DNA from: Candidatus Korarchaeum cryptofilum OPF8
GTDB lineage: Archaea; Korarchaeota; Korarchaeia; Korarchaeales; Korarchaeaceae
Length of the DNA: 32,000 nt
Reading direction: 5' to 3'
NCBI RefSeq assembly: GCF_000019605.1
Contig: NC_010482.1
Location: 780,001 to 812,000 of the forward strand
Position numbers and translations under genes: made by a program. The notes under the pieces are model-generated. The model had not been told where the DNA came from. It made no database searches and saw nothing but the letters and a program-made list of their open reading frames with translations. This document shows positions 8,260-15,893 of the stretch, piece after piece (positions within the stretch are counted from its first letter, which is position 1; the number at the start of each line of letters is the position of its first letter).

Positions 8260-8390
8260 TCTAATAGATGAATTGCTAGCTAAACTCCGAAGTTATCCAG
8301 GATTCCCCAATATTTTTATTTTCATAAGTGCCACTGCCCCAGATTCCATAAAAAATTAATTTTTCCCAGCCCGCATTTAAGGGGCTGACA

Positions 8391-9566
8391 TTGAGGGAGG
8401 ACTTACTTCAGGAATTCCCATCCTTAGAGAGATACATATATCTGAACACAGCGAGCATAGGCCTGGTACCTAGGAGAACGATAGAGGCCATTAGGGATTT
8501 CTCCGAGAGAGCTATGAGAGAGGGTTCAGCTTATCTCGATGAGGATATGGAAGAGGGCATCTTCGAGGAGCTCAGAAGAGCCTCCTCTAGATTGATGAAG
8601 TGCGATGAGGATGATGTAGCTATATTCAGTAGCGTCACAGAGGCCATAAATTCACTGGCCTGGGCCTTGAGAGGAGGGGGAAAGATCATCTCGACGAGTT
8701 TGGAGTTCCCATCCCTGATATATCCATGGATAAGGGTAGGGAAGGAGAAGAACTGGAGCTTGGAGCTCTTGAAATCGGATCTCCTAGTGGATGAGGACGA
8801 GCTCTTGAAGAGGATAACTGAGGGAGTTAGAGCAGTTTGCCTGAGCCATGTGGAGTTCTTGACTGGCCAGAGGTTGAATTTGAGGGAGATAGCTGAGAGG
8901 GCTCATGAAGTAGGGTCCTTACTCATTGTCGATGGGATACAGGCAGCAGGCTGCATTCCTATCGATGTGAAGTCCCTGGATGTCGATTTTTATGTCTTCG
9001 GAGGCTATAAGTGGCTTCTAGGCCCTATGGGAGCTGCTGCAGCTTACATAAGGGAGGAGCTATCCGATGAACTCGAGCCCGGTATAGTGGGCTGGCGGTC
9101 CGTCGAAGATATGTGGTCCCTCGATGCCTCTAGTATGAGATACGCGAGGGGAGCGAGGAAGTTCGAGTACGGCACTAGCTCTTACGATTCGAAGGTGGGC
9201 TTGGCTAAATCCATCGAGTACTTGCTCGAGATAGGGATAGAATCGATACATGAGCAAGATATGAGGGTCAGCGGGAGGTTAATGGAGAGGATCAGGGAGA
9301 TAGAGGGGATTAAGATCGTGACACCTCAGAACAGGGGGCCCATAGTGACTATAGAGGCCGATAGGCCTTACGATCTCCTTAAGATGATGGAGAGGGGAGG
9401 GAGGAAGCTCATCGCCAGCGTCAGGAGAGGGCTAATCAGGTTCTCCATCCACCTCTACAACGATTACGAGGACGTTGAGGAAGCCTCTGACCGCTTGGCT
9501 GAAGCTGTCAAAAGTTTATCCTGGCGATCCGAGTTGCGAAATAGTAAAAGATTGAGAAAGCGTTGA
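8391..9566 (+). CDS. class-V (fold type I) PLP-dependent aminotransferase/lyase family protein
   Basis: 391 aa with a TTG start. GGYKWLLGPMG contains the probable PLP lysine, and there is a C-terminal RRGLIRFSIHLYN motif. No cysteine follows the PLP lysine, so it is not a canonical NifS/SufS cysteine desulfurase. Confidence 0.75.
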   Translation: MREDLLQEFPSLERYIYLNTASIGLVPRRTIEAIRDFSERAMREGSAYLDEDMEEGIFEELRRASSRLMKCDEDDVAIFSSVTEAINSLAWALRGGGKIISTSLEFPSLIYPWIRVGKEKNWSLELLKSDLLVDEDELLKRITEGVRAVCLSHVEFLTGQRLNLREIAERAHEVGSLLIVDGIQAAGCIPIDVKSLDVDFYVFGGYKWLLGPMGAAAAYIREELSDELEPGIVGWRSVEDMWSLDASSMRYARGARKFEYGTSSYDSKVGLAKSIEYLLEIGIESIHEQDMRVSGRLMERIREIEGIKIVTPQNRGPIVTIEADRPYDLLKMMERGGRKLIASVRRGLIRFSIHLYNDYEDVEEASDRLAEAVKSLSWRSELRNSKRLRKR

Positions 9567-9713
9567 ATGGGGCGAGGCCTTATAGAATCCCTCGCATCCA
9601 TCATTGGGAGAGAAATTATTTCCATCCTTCGCAAGAGAGCTATTTATCATAGTACGAGAGCTCTCATTGGACTTGATATTAGCTTTCAATCACAATAGTG
9701 CTATTCAGGAGTC

Positions 9714-9974
9714 CTATCCTCCCCCGGCGGGTGGGAAGATGTCTATGGAATCCCCCTCCTCCACCTCAGTATCTAGCCAGTCTAAGAGCCTTATGTTCCT
9801 CCCGTTCAGCAATATCATGAAATTCTCATATCCAAAATCCTCAAGAACTCCCTTCAGATCCTTCAGTTCATCTAGAAGCTCTGAAAATTTCACTTTATTC
9901 CTACCCAAACTCAGGGTCTTGCTCTTCCATCCCAGTTTCTCCCTCAGCGTCAGGTATACCCTTACCTCCACCAT
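9714..9974 (-). CDS. MoaD/ThiS-type ubiquitin-like beta-grasp protein (SAMP-like) ending in GGG
   Basis: With the ATG at 9974 the protein is MVEVRVYLTLREKLGWKSKTLSLG...GDSIDIFPPAGGG* (86 aa). It has a MoaD-like N-terminus, MoaD-like length and a C-terminal Gly-Gly. The ORF-track start at 10082 would overlap the upstream rSAM gene by 49 nt. Confidence 0.7.
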   Translation of the reverse strand: MVEVRVYLTLREKLGWKSKTLSLGRNKVKFSELLDELKDLKGVLEDFGYENFMILLNGRNIRLLDWLDTEVEEGDSIDIFPPAGGG

Positions 9975-10033
9975 CGCCTCATACAGGCGTCCCTCACTTA
10001 TATTCATTCGGGAGCTAACTCGAATCCCTTGAT

Positions 10034-11134
10034 TCAGAGGGGACAGTATGAGAGTCCGTGTAAGTAAGGGCAGTGCGAGCATGAGGGTTTATTCCCCCAG
10101 CAATCCGTTTCATTGCTCCTAGTGATCAAGCAGTAGTTTACGAGGTTGCAATCTAAACAGGAGGGGAGTCTCAAGAAGTAGAGCCTGAAAAACATCTTAT
10201 AAGATTTCCTCCATATATCTATGAGGCCCTCCCTCTTTATATCTCCTAGTATCACCTCATTTATCCTCCTCTCCACCCCTAGGACCTTTGTCCTCCAGTT
10301 CCTCGAGTAATATATGCAGGGAGATACTATACCATCGCACCTGATGAATAGGGCTCTGTTTGAGAAGAAGGGGCAAGATCTGTATGTTGTTGGGGCTAAA
10401 TTTGGGATAACCACTTTTACTCCACCCTCAAGGATCTTTAAGGGGACTAGATCGAGCTCCCCCTTAAGCTTCTCGAGGCAGCCCTCATCGTCTATGCAAC
10501 TCAGATCGACTCCTCCAGGGTAGTGTATGTAATTGCTGAACCTGATCTCGCTTATGCCCAAGTCCCTGGTGAGCTCGATAGATCTGCTGACCTCACCTAC
10601 ATTTAGCTTCGTTATAGTGAATATCGCATTTACCTGAGGCTTAACGCTTCCTTTCTCTATTTTAAGTTCTAGAAGCTTCTTCAAACCTCTCATAACTTTT
10701 GAGAGATCTCCCGGCTTTCTTATATCCCTGTAAAGTTTGATATCATAGGCATCTATGCTGACGAAGACCTCATCCACCCCTAATCCAACGAGCTCCTCAG
10801 CCATATCCTCTAGAGCGGAACCATTCGTATTCAGAGCTACTGTGAATCCCAGCTCCTTAGCGGTCCTAAGCATCTCGATCATTTTCGGGTTCGATGAGGG
10901 CTCTCCCCAGCCGGAGAGGACTAATTTGCTCACTCCAGCCTCCATCCCCTTCCTCAAGATTAGCTCCAGCGTATCGTAACTCATATTGCATTTCTTAAAG
11001 TTTGGGACAGCATTTCTAAAGCAATGTAAACAATTATAATTGCAATTTGTCGAAATTTCCACCATCAAAGTCCTTGGATGGGAATCGGGGCTCAGAGATA
11101 ACTCCCAGTCTCCATATTTAAATTTTTCTCCCAA
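10034..11134 (-). CDS. radical SAM/SPASM protein, probably a tungsten-cofactor oxidoreductase maturase (Cmo/AorE-like)
   Basis: CNYNCLHC (CxxxCxxC) near the N-terminus and a Cys-rich C-terminus (CLDCNLVNYC...DCWGNKPSCSHCPYLHGLSYC). Divergent from the AOR gene and upstream of the MoaD-like gene. TTG is the only usable start, because there is an in-frame TGA two codons upstream. Confidence 0.7.
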   Translation of the reverse strand: MGEKFKYGDWELSLSPDSHPRTLMVEISTNCNYNCLHCFRNAVPNFKKCNMSYDTLELILRKGMEAGVSKLVLSGWGEPSSNPKMIEMLRTAKELGFTVALNTNGSALEDMAEELVGLGVDEVFVSIDAYDIKLYRDIRKPGDLSKVMRGLKKLLELKIEKGSVKPQVNAIFTITKLNVGEVSRSIELTRDLGISEIRFSNYIHYPGGVDLSCIDDEGCLEKLKGELDLVPLKILEGGVKVVIPNLAPTTYRSCPFFSNRALFIRCDGIVSPCIYYSRNWRTKVLGVERRINEVILGDIKREGLIDIWRKSYKMFFRLYFLRLPSCLDCNLVNYCLITRSNETDCWGNKPSCSHCPYLHGLSYCPL

Positions 11135-11173
11135 GATCCCATGTCACCCATTGAATTTTAACAATAGTTGAAT

Positions 11174-11198
11174 AAAAAGTTTACCAAAAAAAAGTTTA
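11174..11198. repeat. 10-bp direct repeat AAAAAGTTTA x2 in the divergent rSAM/AOR promoter region
   Basis: Copies at 11174-11183 and 11189-11198 (15-bp period) inside the AT-rich 97-bp intergenic region. They overlap TATA-like sequence. Confidence 0.4.
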
Positions 11199-11231
11199 TT
11201 AGTAAAGCCTCCCGAAAAATGTGGGGGGATT

Positions 11232-13127
11232 ATGGCCCCTGGCGGTTACATGGGCAATGTGTTGAGGTTGAACCTGACGGAGGGCAAGGTCATTAAGGAG
11301 CCTCTGCCACCCGAGGACGTCCTGAGGGCTTGGCTGGGAGGAAGGGGCCTAGGGGTTTATTACATGCTCAAGGAAGTGGATCCGAAGGTAGATCCGCTGA
11401 GCCCGGCTAATAAGGCTATAGTGGCCACTGGACCCCTAACGGGCGTCACTGGAGTCCCATCATCGGGTAGATGGTGCTCCGTGACGAAAGCTCCACTGAC
11501 TAACACGATTCATGATGCCCAGAGCGGCGGGAAGTTCGGCCCTGAGCTCAAGTTCGCTGGATTCGATGCTGTCATAATAGAGGGAGCCTCGGAGAAGCCT
11601 GTTTACCTCTGGATACACGATGGGGAAGCGGAGATAAGGGACGCGAAGCACCTCTGGGGCAAGGATACTCACGCCACTACTGAAGCTATAAGGGAGGAGC
11701 TCGCCCCTGAGATAGGGGTTGAGGAAGCTGAGGGGATAAAGGTACTCACTATAGGGCCCGCTGGCGAGAACCTCTCCAAGATAGCCTGCCTGATAAACGA
11801 TAAGGCCAGGGCAGCGGGTAGAGGTGGACATGGAGCTGTCTGGGGATCTAAGAAGCTTAAGGCAATAGCAGTTAGAGGTCATATGACACCTAGCGTCGCT
11901 AGAGAGGATGTTTTCGAGGAGATATCTGAGAAATCGGTTGATATAATAAAGAAGGCTCCTGTAACAGCTCAAGCACTCCCGAAGTACGGGACGGCAGTCC
12001 TAGTTAATATAATAAATCAGCATGGAGTTCTCCCCACTAGGAACTTCCAGACGGGCGTATTTCAGACGGCGGAGAGGATAAGCGGTGAGAGGATAGCTGA
12101 GGAGATAATGGATTGGAAGAAGCAGGAGGAGGAGACTTGTTGGGGATGCCCGATAAGTTGCGCTAGGTATACGAGGATAGAGAAGCCTCCCTTCACGGGG
12201 GAGGGAGGGGGTCCAGAGTACGAGACCGTATGGGCTTTAGGAGCGCAGACAGGAACTGACGATCTCGCAGCCGTCTCTAAGGCGAATTACTTGTGCAATG
12301 AGCTCGGACTGGATACGATATCGATGGGCCACACTATAGGCACCCTAATGGAGCTCGTTGAGAAGGGGAAGGTACCTCAGGAGAAGCTGAGGGGCCTCAA
12401 GGTCTCTTGGGGCAATGGAGAGGCTTTAGTAGAGCTCACTTGGCGTACTGCTTACAGATCCGGGATAGGTGATGAGCTCTCAGAGGGAGCCCTGAGGCTG
12501 GCTCAGAGATATGGGGCTCCTGAGCTAGCTATGGTAGTCAGAGGGCAGGAACTACCTGCATACGACCCCAGAGGGGTGCAGGGCCATGGTCTGGCTTACG
12601 CGACCTCCAATAGAGGTGGATGCCACTTGAGAGCTTACTTGATATCCGCTGAGGTCCTGGGAATACCGGAGCTATTGGATAGGTTCTCGACAGCCGGTAA
12701 GGGCAAGTGGGTCAAGAGGTTCCAGGACTCTTTCGCTACTATAGACAGCTTGATAGTCTGCAAGTTCGTGACTTTCGCTTATGGTAACGATATACTCGCT
12801 TCACAGCTCTCAGCGGTCACTGGATGGGATGTGAGCGTGGAGGAGTTCGAGAGGATAGGGGAGAGGATATACAACGCTGAGAGGGCTTTCAACGCGCTCT
12901 CCTTCGGTGACGGGGAGGAGCACGATACGCTCCCCAAGAGGCTGCTCAAGGAGCCTATGCCGGAGGGACCCTCTAAGGGACACGTGGTGAAGCTCAACGA
13001 GATGCTACCGGAGTACTACGCTGAGAGGGGGTGGGTGAAGGGGAGGCCCACTAAAGCCAAGCTGAAGGAACTCGGGCTCGATTGGGTAGCCGAGATGCTG
13101 GAGAGGGAGAACCTACTCTACGCATAA
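11232..13127 (+). CDS. aor: tungsten-containing aldehyde:ferredoxin oxidoreductase family catalytic subunit
   Basis: 631 aa. AOR-family N-terminal domain (VLRLNLTEGKV...GGRGLG...TGPLTG) and [4Fe-4S] ligands CWGCPISC plus GGCH. Pterin-binding DxxGL(C/D) type motifs are present (CNELGLDTIS, IDSLIVCKF). GGGGGG lies 4-9 nt upstream of ATG 11232; ATG 11250 is the alternative start. Confidence 0.9.
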   Translation: MAPGGYMGNVLRLNLTEGKVIKEPLPPEDVLRAWLGGRGLGVYYMLKEVDPKVDPLSPANKAIVATGPLTGVTGVPSSGRWCSVTKAPLTNTIHDAQSGGKFGPELKFAGFDAVIIEGASEKPVYLWIHDGEAEIRDAKHLWGKDTHATTEAIREELAPEIGVEEAEGIKVLTIGPAGENLSKIACLINDKARAAGRGGHGAVWGSKKLKAIAVRGHMTPSVAREDVFEEISEKSVDIIKKAPVTAQALPKYGTAVLVNIINQHGVLPTRNFQTGVFQTAERISGERIAEEIMDWKKQEEETCWGCPISCARYTRIEKPPFTGEGGGPEYETVWALGAQTGTDDLAAVSKANYLCNELGLDTISMGHTIGTLMELVEKGKVPQEKLRGLKVSWGNGEALVELTWRTAYRSGIGDELSEGALRLAQRYGAPELAMVVRGQELPAYDPRGVQGHGLAYATSNRGGCHLRAYLISAEVLGIPELLDRFSTAGKGKWVKRFQDSFATIDSLIVCKFVTFAYGNDILASQLSAVTGWDVSVEEFERIGERIYNAERAFNALSFGDGEEHDTLPKRLLKEPMPEGPSKGHVVKLNEMLPEYYAERGWVKGRPTKAKLKELGLDWVAEMLERENLLYA

Positions 13128-13134
13128 TTTTTTT
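13128..13134 (+). terminator. T7 tract immediately after the AOR stop
   Basis: The sequence TAATTTTTTTA holds the AOR stop TAA (13125-13127) and the convergent ferredoxin gene stop (13133-13135 on the minus strand). Confidence 0.45.
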
Positions 13135-13594
13135 ACCTATTCATCGTTATGACCCCGCTGGGGCACATAGCTATGCAAGCTGGCTCCAATCCCTCGGATC
13201 TCAATTGCTCGCATAGATCGCACTTTCCAGGGGCACCTCCAGGTCCTCCGAGCCTTATAGCCTTGAATGGACATGCATTTATGCAATCGAGGCATTTATT
13301 ACATTTAGATGGGATTATATAGAGGCCTCCATCTTCCTTCCTCACTATCGCATCCTTCTTGCACACCCTGACGCAAGGGGCGTTCTCGCAGTGGAAGCAG
13401 GAGAAGGGCTTCTCCACACCGAGTTTCGTCTTCAGGAGCCTTACATATGACTTCCCGGAGTGAGTGAACTCGCATACGACTGAGCAGGTCTCACAATCTA
13501 TGCACCTCATGTAATCGACTACTTTGAGCAACTTCCCGAGGTCGCATCTCTCAGCCTCTATCCCGAGGAGATCGCATACTTCGGCAGCTTCCAT
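13133..13594 (-). CDS. polyferredoxin with four [4Fe-4S] motifs (DmsB/AorA-like electron-transfer subunit)
   Basis: 153 aa with four cluster motifs: CIDCETCSVVC, CFHCENAPCVRVC, CNKCLDCINAC and CDLCEQ..x..ACIAMC. Confidence 0.85.
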   Translation of the reverse strand: MEAAEVCDLLGIEAERCDLGKLLKVVDYMRCIDCETCSVVCEFTHSGKSYVRLLKTKLGVEKPFSCFHCENAPCVRVCKKDAIVRKEDGGLYIIPSKCNKCLDCINACPFKAIRLGGPGGAPGKCDLCEQLRSEGLEPACIAMCPSGVITMNR

Positions 13595-13598
13595 AATA

Positions 13599-14684
13599 TC
13601 ACCCTATCTTCCCCTTTGATATGAGTTCATCCATCTTCCTAGCTGCTTGAAGCCCCTGCTTCACCGCTCTCCCTATCTTAGAGGGCCCGGTCACCACATC
13701 GCCAGCTGCGAAAATATTGCCGATCAATCTGAAGTCCTGATCCACCTTCAGCCCGTCCGAGAGATTCAATAAATTGCATCCACTGTATATAGGGGGTGTA
13801 GGCACTTCCCCTATCGCTTTCCCCACAGTATCAACTTCAATCGAGAATTCGCTTCCCTCTATCGGGACCGGTCTCGGCCTCCCCGTCTCATCAGGTTCGG
13901 ATAGCATCATCCTCTGGAGCTCAACGAATTTGACGAGCCCATTCTCAACTATGAACCTCTTGGGGGAAGCTAGCTCCAGTATCTTGACTCCCCTCTCCTC
14001 CAACCTCCTCATCTCCCACTCCCCAGCCGGAGCTTCTTTCCTAGTCCTCCTGTAGACTAGGAGGACCTCATCAGCTCCGTAATTGATGCTCTCATCCGCA
14101 GCATCGATGGCGCTGAGCCCCCCTCCTATCACCAAGACCCTCCCCAATCTCATCCCCTCCCCTTCCAGCCCCAGGATGCGGAGGTGAAGCTTCCTGAGGT
14201 AATCTATAGCTGTGTAAACGTTCCTAGCATCTTCCCCTTCCAGACCGAGTTTTCTGGACTTCCAAGTTCCTGTAGCTACCAGAAGAGCTTTATAATCCCC
14301 CGATAGCTCCTGCAGGTCTATCCTCCCCTTAGCCAGATCATCGCACTCATCAATCCCATCACCGCAACTCACCTTGACTGAGAGGTTAAATTCAACTCCG
14401 AAGTTCCTCCTGAGATCCTCGACCCCTTCCATGACCTCCTCAAGGGGTATCCTGTGCTTGGGTATGGCGAAAGTCATGAGGCCTCCTGGTAGGGGGAGCT
14501 TATCGTATAGATCCACTTCGTAACCCCTGCAGACCAAGTAGCCAGCCGCTGAGAGCCCAGTCGCTCCGGCCCCTACGATAGCTACCCTAATACCATTAGA
14601 GCTCCTCCTCTCCCTGCAGAGGAAGGCGAACTTCAATGCTATCAGCCTAGGGATAGGCCGATGGAACAATAAATTATTTCCCAT
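13599..14684 (-). CDS. FAD-dependent pyridine-nucleotide oxidoreductase (GltD/SudA small-chain-like, without the N-terminal Fe-S domain)
   Basis: 361 aa with two dinucleotide folds (VAIVGAGATGLSAAGYL and VLVIGGGLSAIDAA) and a C-terminal FAAGDVVTGP motif. It stops 4 nt before the ferredoxin gene start. Confidence 0.85.
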   Translation of the reverse strand: MGNNLLFHRPIPRLIALKFAFLCRERRSSNGIRVAIVGAGATGLSAAGYLVCRGYEVDLYDKLPLPGGLMTFAIPKHRIPLEEVMEGVEDLRRNFGVEFNLSVKVSCGDGIDECDDLAKGRIDLQELSGDYKALLVATGTWKSRKLGLEGEDARNVYTAIDYLRKLHLRILGLEGEGMRLGRVLVIGGGLSAIDAADESINYGADEVLLVYRRTRKEAPAGEWEMRRLEERGVKILELASPKRFIVENGLVKFVELQRMMLSEPDETGRPRPVPIEGSEFSIEVDTVGKAIGEVPTPPIYSGCNLLNLSDGLKVDQDFRLIGNIFAAGDVVTGPSKIGRAVKQGLQAARKMDELISKGKIG

Positions 14685-15237
14685 CCATGAGGTCCCTGTA
14701 GTACTCCATCACCAGCTTCTTCACCGCCCTCCTAAGGATCTCTGTGAGGCTAGCTTGACTCATCCCCAGCATATCAGCCAGCTCCCTCGTCCTTATCCTC
14801 CTGGGGAAGTCGAAGTACCCCATCCTCACAGCAGTCAGGAGGACCTCCTCCTGCCTCTCCGTGAGCATCCGACCCCTTTTGACTATCGAGATTATCCTGA
14901 ACCCCTTATATGACTTAAGAGCTGATGAGAGCTTCCTGAGGGTCTGCCTGCTCGGCAAGATGACCTCGCACCTCATCTCATCATTCCTCATATTAGCTGA
15001 GATAAGGAAAGCTTTAGTCGATGAGAGGAGCTTGCAAAGCCCACATCCCTCCGATTCCAACATCCTGACTCTATTCGTCCCCTCCCGGATCTCAACAGCA
15101 TGTATCATTTTATCTCCATATGGTCTGATCCCTATTATCTTGAATTCCTTTATTCCATTCTCCCTAAGTAATTCTGAGACTTTGCATTCCTCATTTTTGA
15201 CTCTGAATATTATCCCGAGGGGTTCCCCTTTCCTCAT
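14674..15237 (-). CDS. HTH_10 (Bat/DmsR-type) DNA-binding regulator
   Basis: 187 aa. The C-terminal LTERQEEVLLTAVRMGYFDFPRRIRTRELADMLGMSQASLTEILRRAVKKL is a typical bacterio-opsin-activator-type HTH. The N-terminal part contains CGLC. It overlaps the FAD gene start by 11 nt, so it is the first gene of that operon. Confidence 0.75.
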   Translation of the reverse strand: MRKGEPLGIIFRVKNEECKVSELLRENGIKEFKIIGIRPYGDKMIHAVEIREGTNRVRMLESEGCGLCKLLSSTKAFLISANMRNDEMRCEVILPSRQTLRKLSSALKSYKGFRIISIVKRGRMLTERQEEVLLTAVRMGYFDFPRRIRTRELADMLGMSQASLTEILRRAVKKLVMEYYRDLMDGK

Positions 15238-15240
15238 ATT

Positions 15241-15254
15241 CCTAACATGTTAGG
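15241..15254. promoter_or_regulatory. perfect 14-bp palindrome CCTAACATGTTAGG between the putative TATA and the start of the HTH_10 regulator gene
   Basis: Read directly from the sequence. It lies 4 nt upstream of the regulator ATG (15237, minus strand), and the palindromic AT-rich TTAATTAT (15259-15266) lies beside it. Confidence 0.45.
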
Positions 15255-15292
15255 GTACTTAATTATCTTTTCCATCCCCCCTAAAATAGGGG

Positions 15293-15892
15293 ATGCCTAT
15301 GTTCCCGGGAGAGGAACTCTTAACGCTCCTTTCTTCCCTCCTGCTGCTCTCGATTTCCATTTACAAATATCTAAAGAGTAAGGAGATTTCTTATGCTATG
15401 TGGTCGATAGCTGCTCTCTCTTTCCTCATAATAGCTGCTGCTCTAGCCCTCTTGAAGCTAGATGCACTCTCGCTCCCCATAACTCCATACGTCGGGGCCC
15501 TCTATCCGGCTTTCATGGCGGCCGGAGTCCTCGGAAAGGACCACTGGAGGAAGTATGTGATCTTCATATTGCTAATGCTTCTCCTGATGGTGATAGGTCA
15601 GCTCTCATATAAGTTGATATTCACGGGAGCTGAGGTAATCCTGCACTCCGTTTCCGGCCTGATAATAACATTCCTGCCGTTCATAATAGTCGCTAGGAGG
15701 AGAGCTCCTCCGACAGAAAGCTTGATAGGGCTGGGTGGCTTGCTCATCTCAATAGGAGGCCTGGCCCTCACGACACTATTAGCTCAGAAACCCCTCCTCC
15801 CCATGGAGACCGTTATATTCTTGCTGCACCCATTACTATTCCTCTCAGCGTTCCTAATGGCTGCGGGCATATATTTATGCAGGAGGGGTTGA
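15293..15892 (+). CDS. polytopic membrane protein (about 6-7 TM), function unknown
   Basis: 199 aa, hydrophobic throughout. The stop TGA (15890-15892) is 1 nt before the TTG start of the next gene. Confidence 0.7.
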   Translation: MPMFPGEELLTLLSSLLLLSISIYKYLKSKEISYAMWSIAALSFLIIAAALALLKLDALSLPITPYVGALYPAFMAAGVLGKDHWRKYVIFILLMLLLMVIGQLSYKLIFTGAEVILHSVSGLIITFLPFIIVARRRAPPTESLIGLGGLLISIGGLALTTLLAQKPLLPMETVIFLLHPLLFLSAFLMAAGIYLCRRG

Positions 15893-15893
15893 T

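Noticed and set aside
8391-9566. Considered the class-V PLP enzyme as a cysteine desulfurase feeding sulfur to the adjacent MoaD-like carrier.
   Set aside because: There is no cysteine anywhere C-terminal of the PLP-lysine region, so the catalytic persulfide loop of NifS/SufS/CsdA enzymes is missing. The gene is also convergent to the MoaD-like gene, not co-transcribed with it.
9567-9600. Hairpin GCGAGG-n12-CCTCGC just after the aminotransferase stop.
   Set aside because: The stem is only 6 bp, the loop is long and no oligo-T follows. That is weak evidence for a terminator.
9604-10032. 142-aa plus-strand ORF between the aminotransferase and rSAM genes.
   Set aside because: It is the antisense shadow of the MoaD-like gene. 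The product is low-complexity and Ser/Pro-rich, and there is no promoter or SD signal.
11460-11972. Long antisense or alternate-frame ORFs inside confident genes: 266-580, 885-1173, 1544-1765, 2182-2436, 2629-2883, 4349-4612, 5442-5633, 6031-6573, 6706-7538, 7689-8006, 9060-9257, 10314-10979, 11460-11972, 12779-12997, 13774-14055, 14861-15253, 15400-15612, 16691-16900, 17657-17878, 18317-19063 (plus strand), 19252-19521, 19946-20520, 20754-21680, 23204-24266, 25317-26411, 27817-28351, 28405-28614, 29736-29984, 30837-31166, 31428-31736.
   Set aside because: All lie opposite or out of frame to ORFs with clear family motifs. Their products are Ser/Pro/Arg/Leu-rich with no motifs. Long shadow ORFs are expected from the purine-rich (RNY-like) codon bias seen here.
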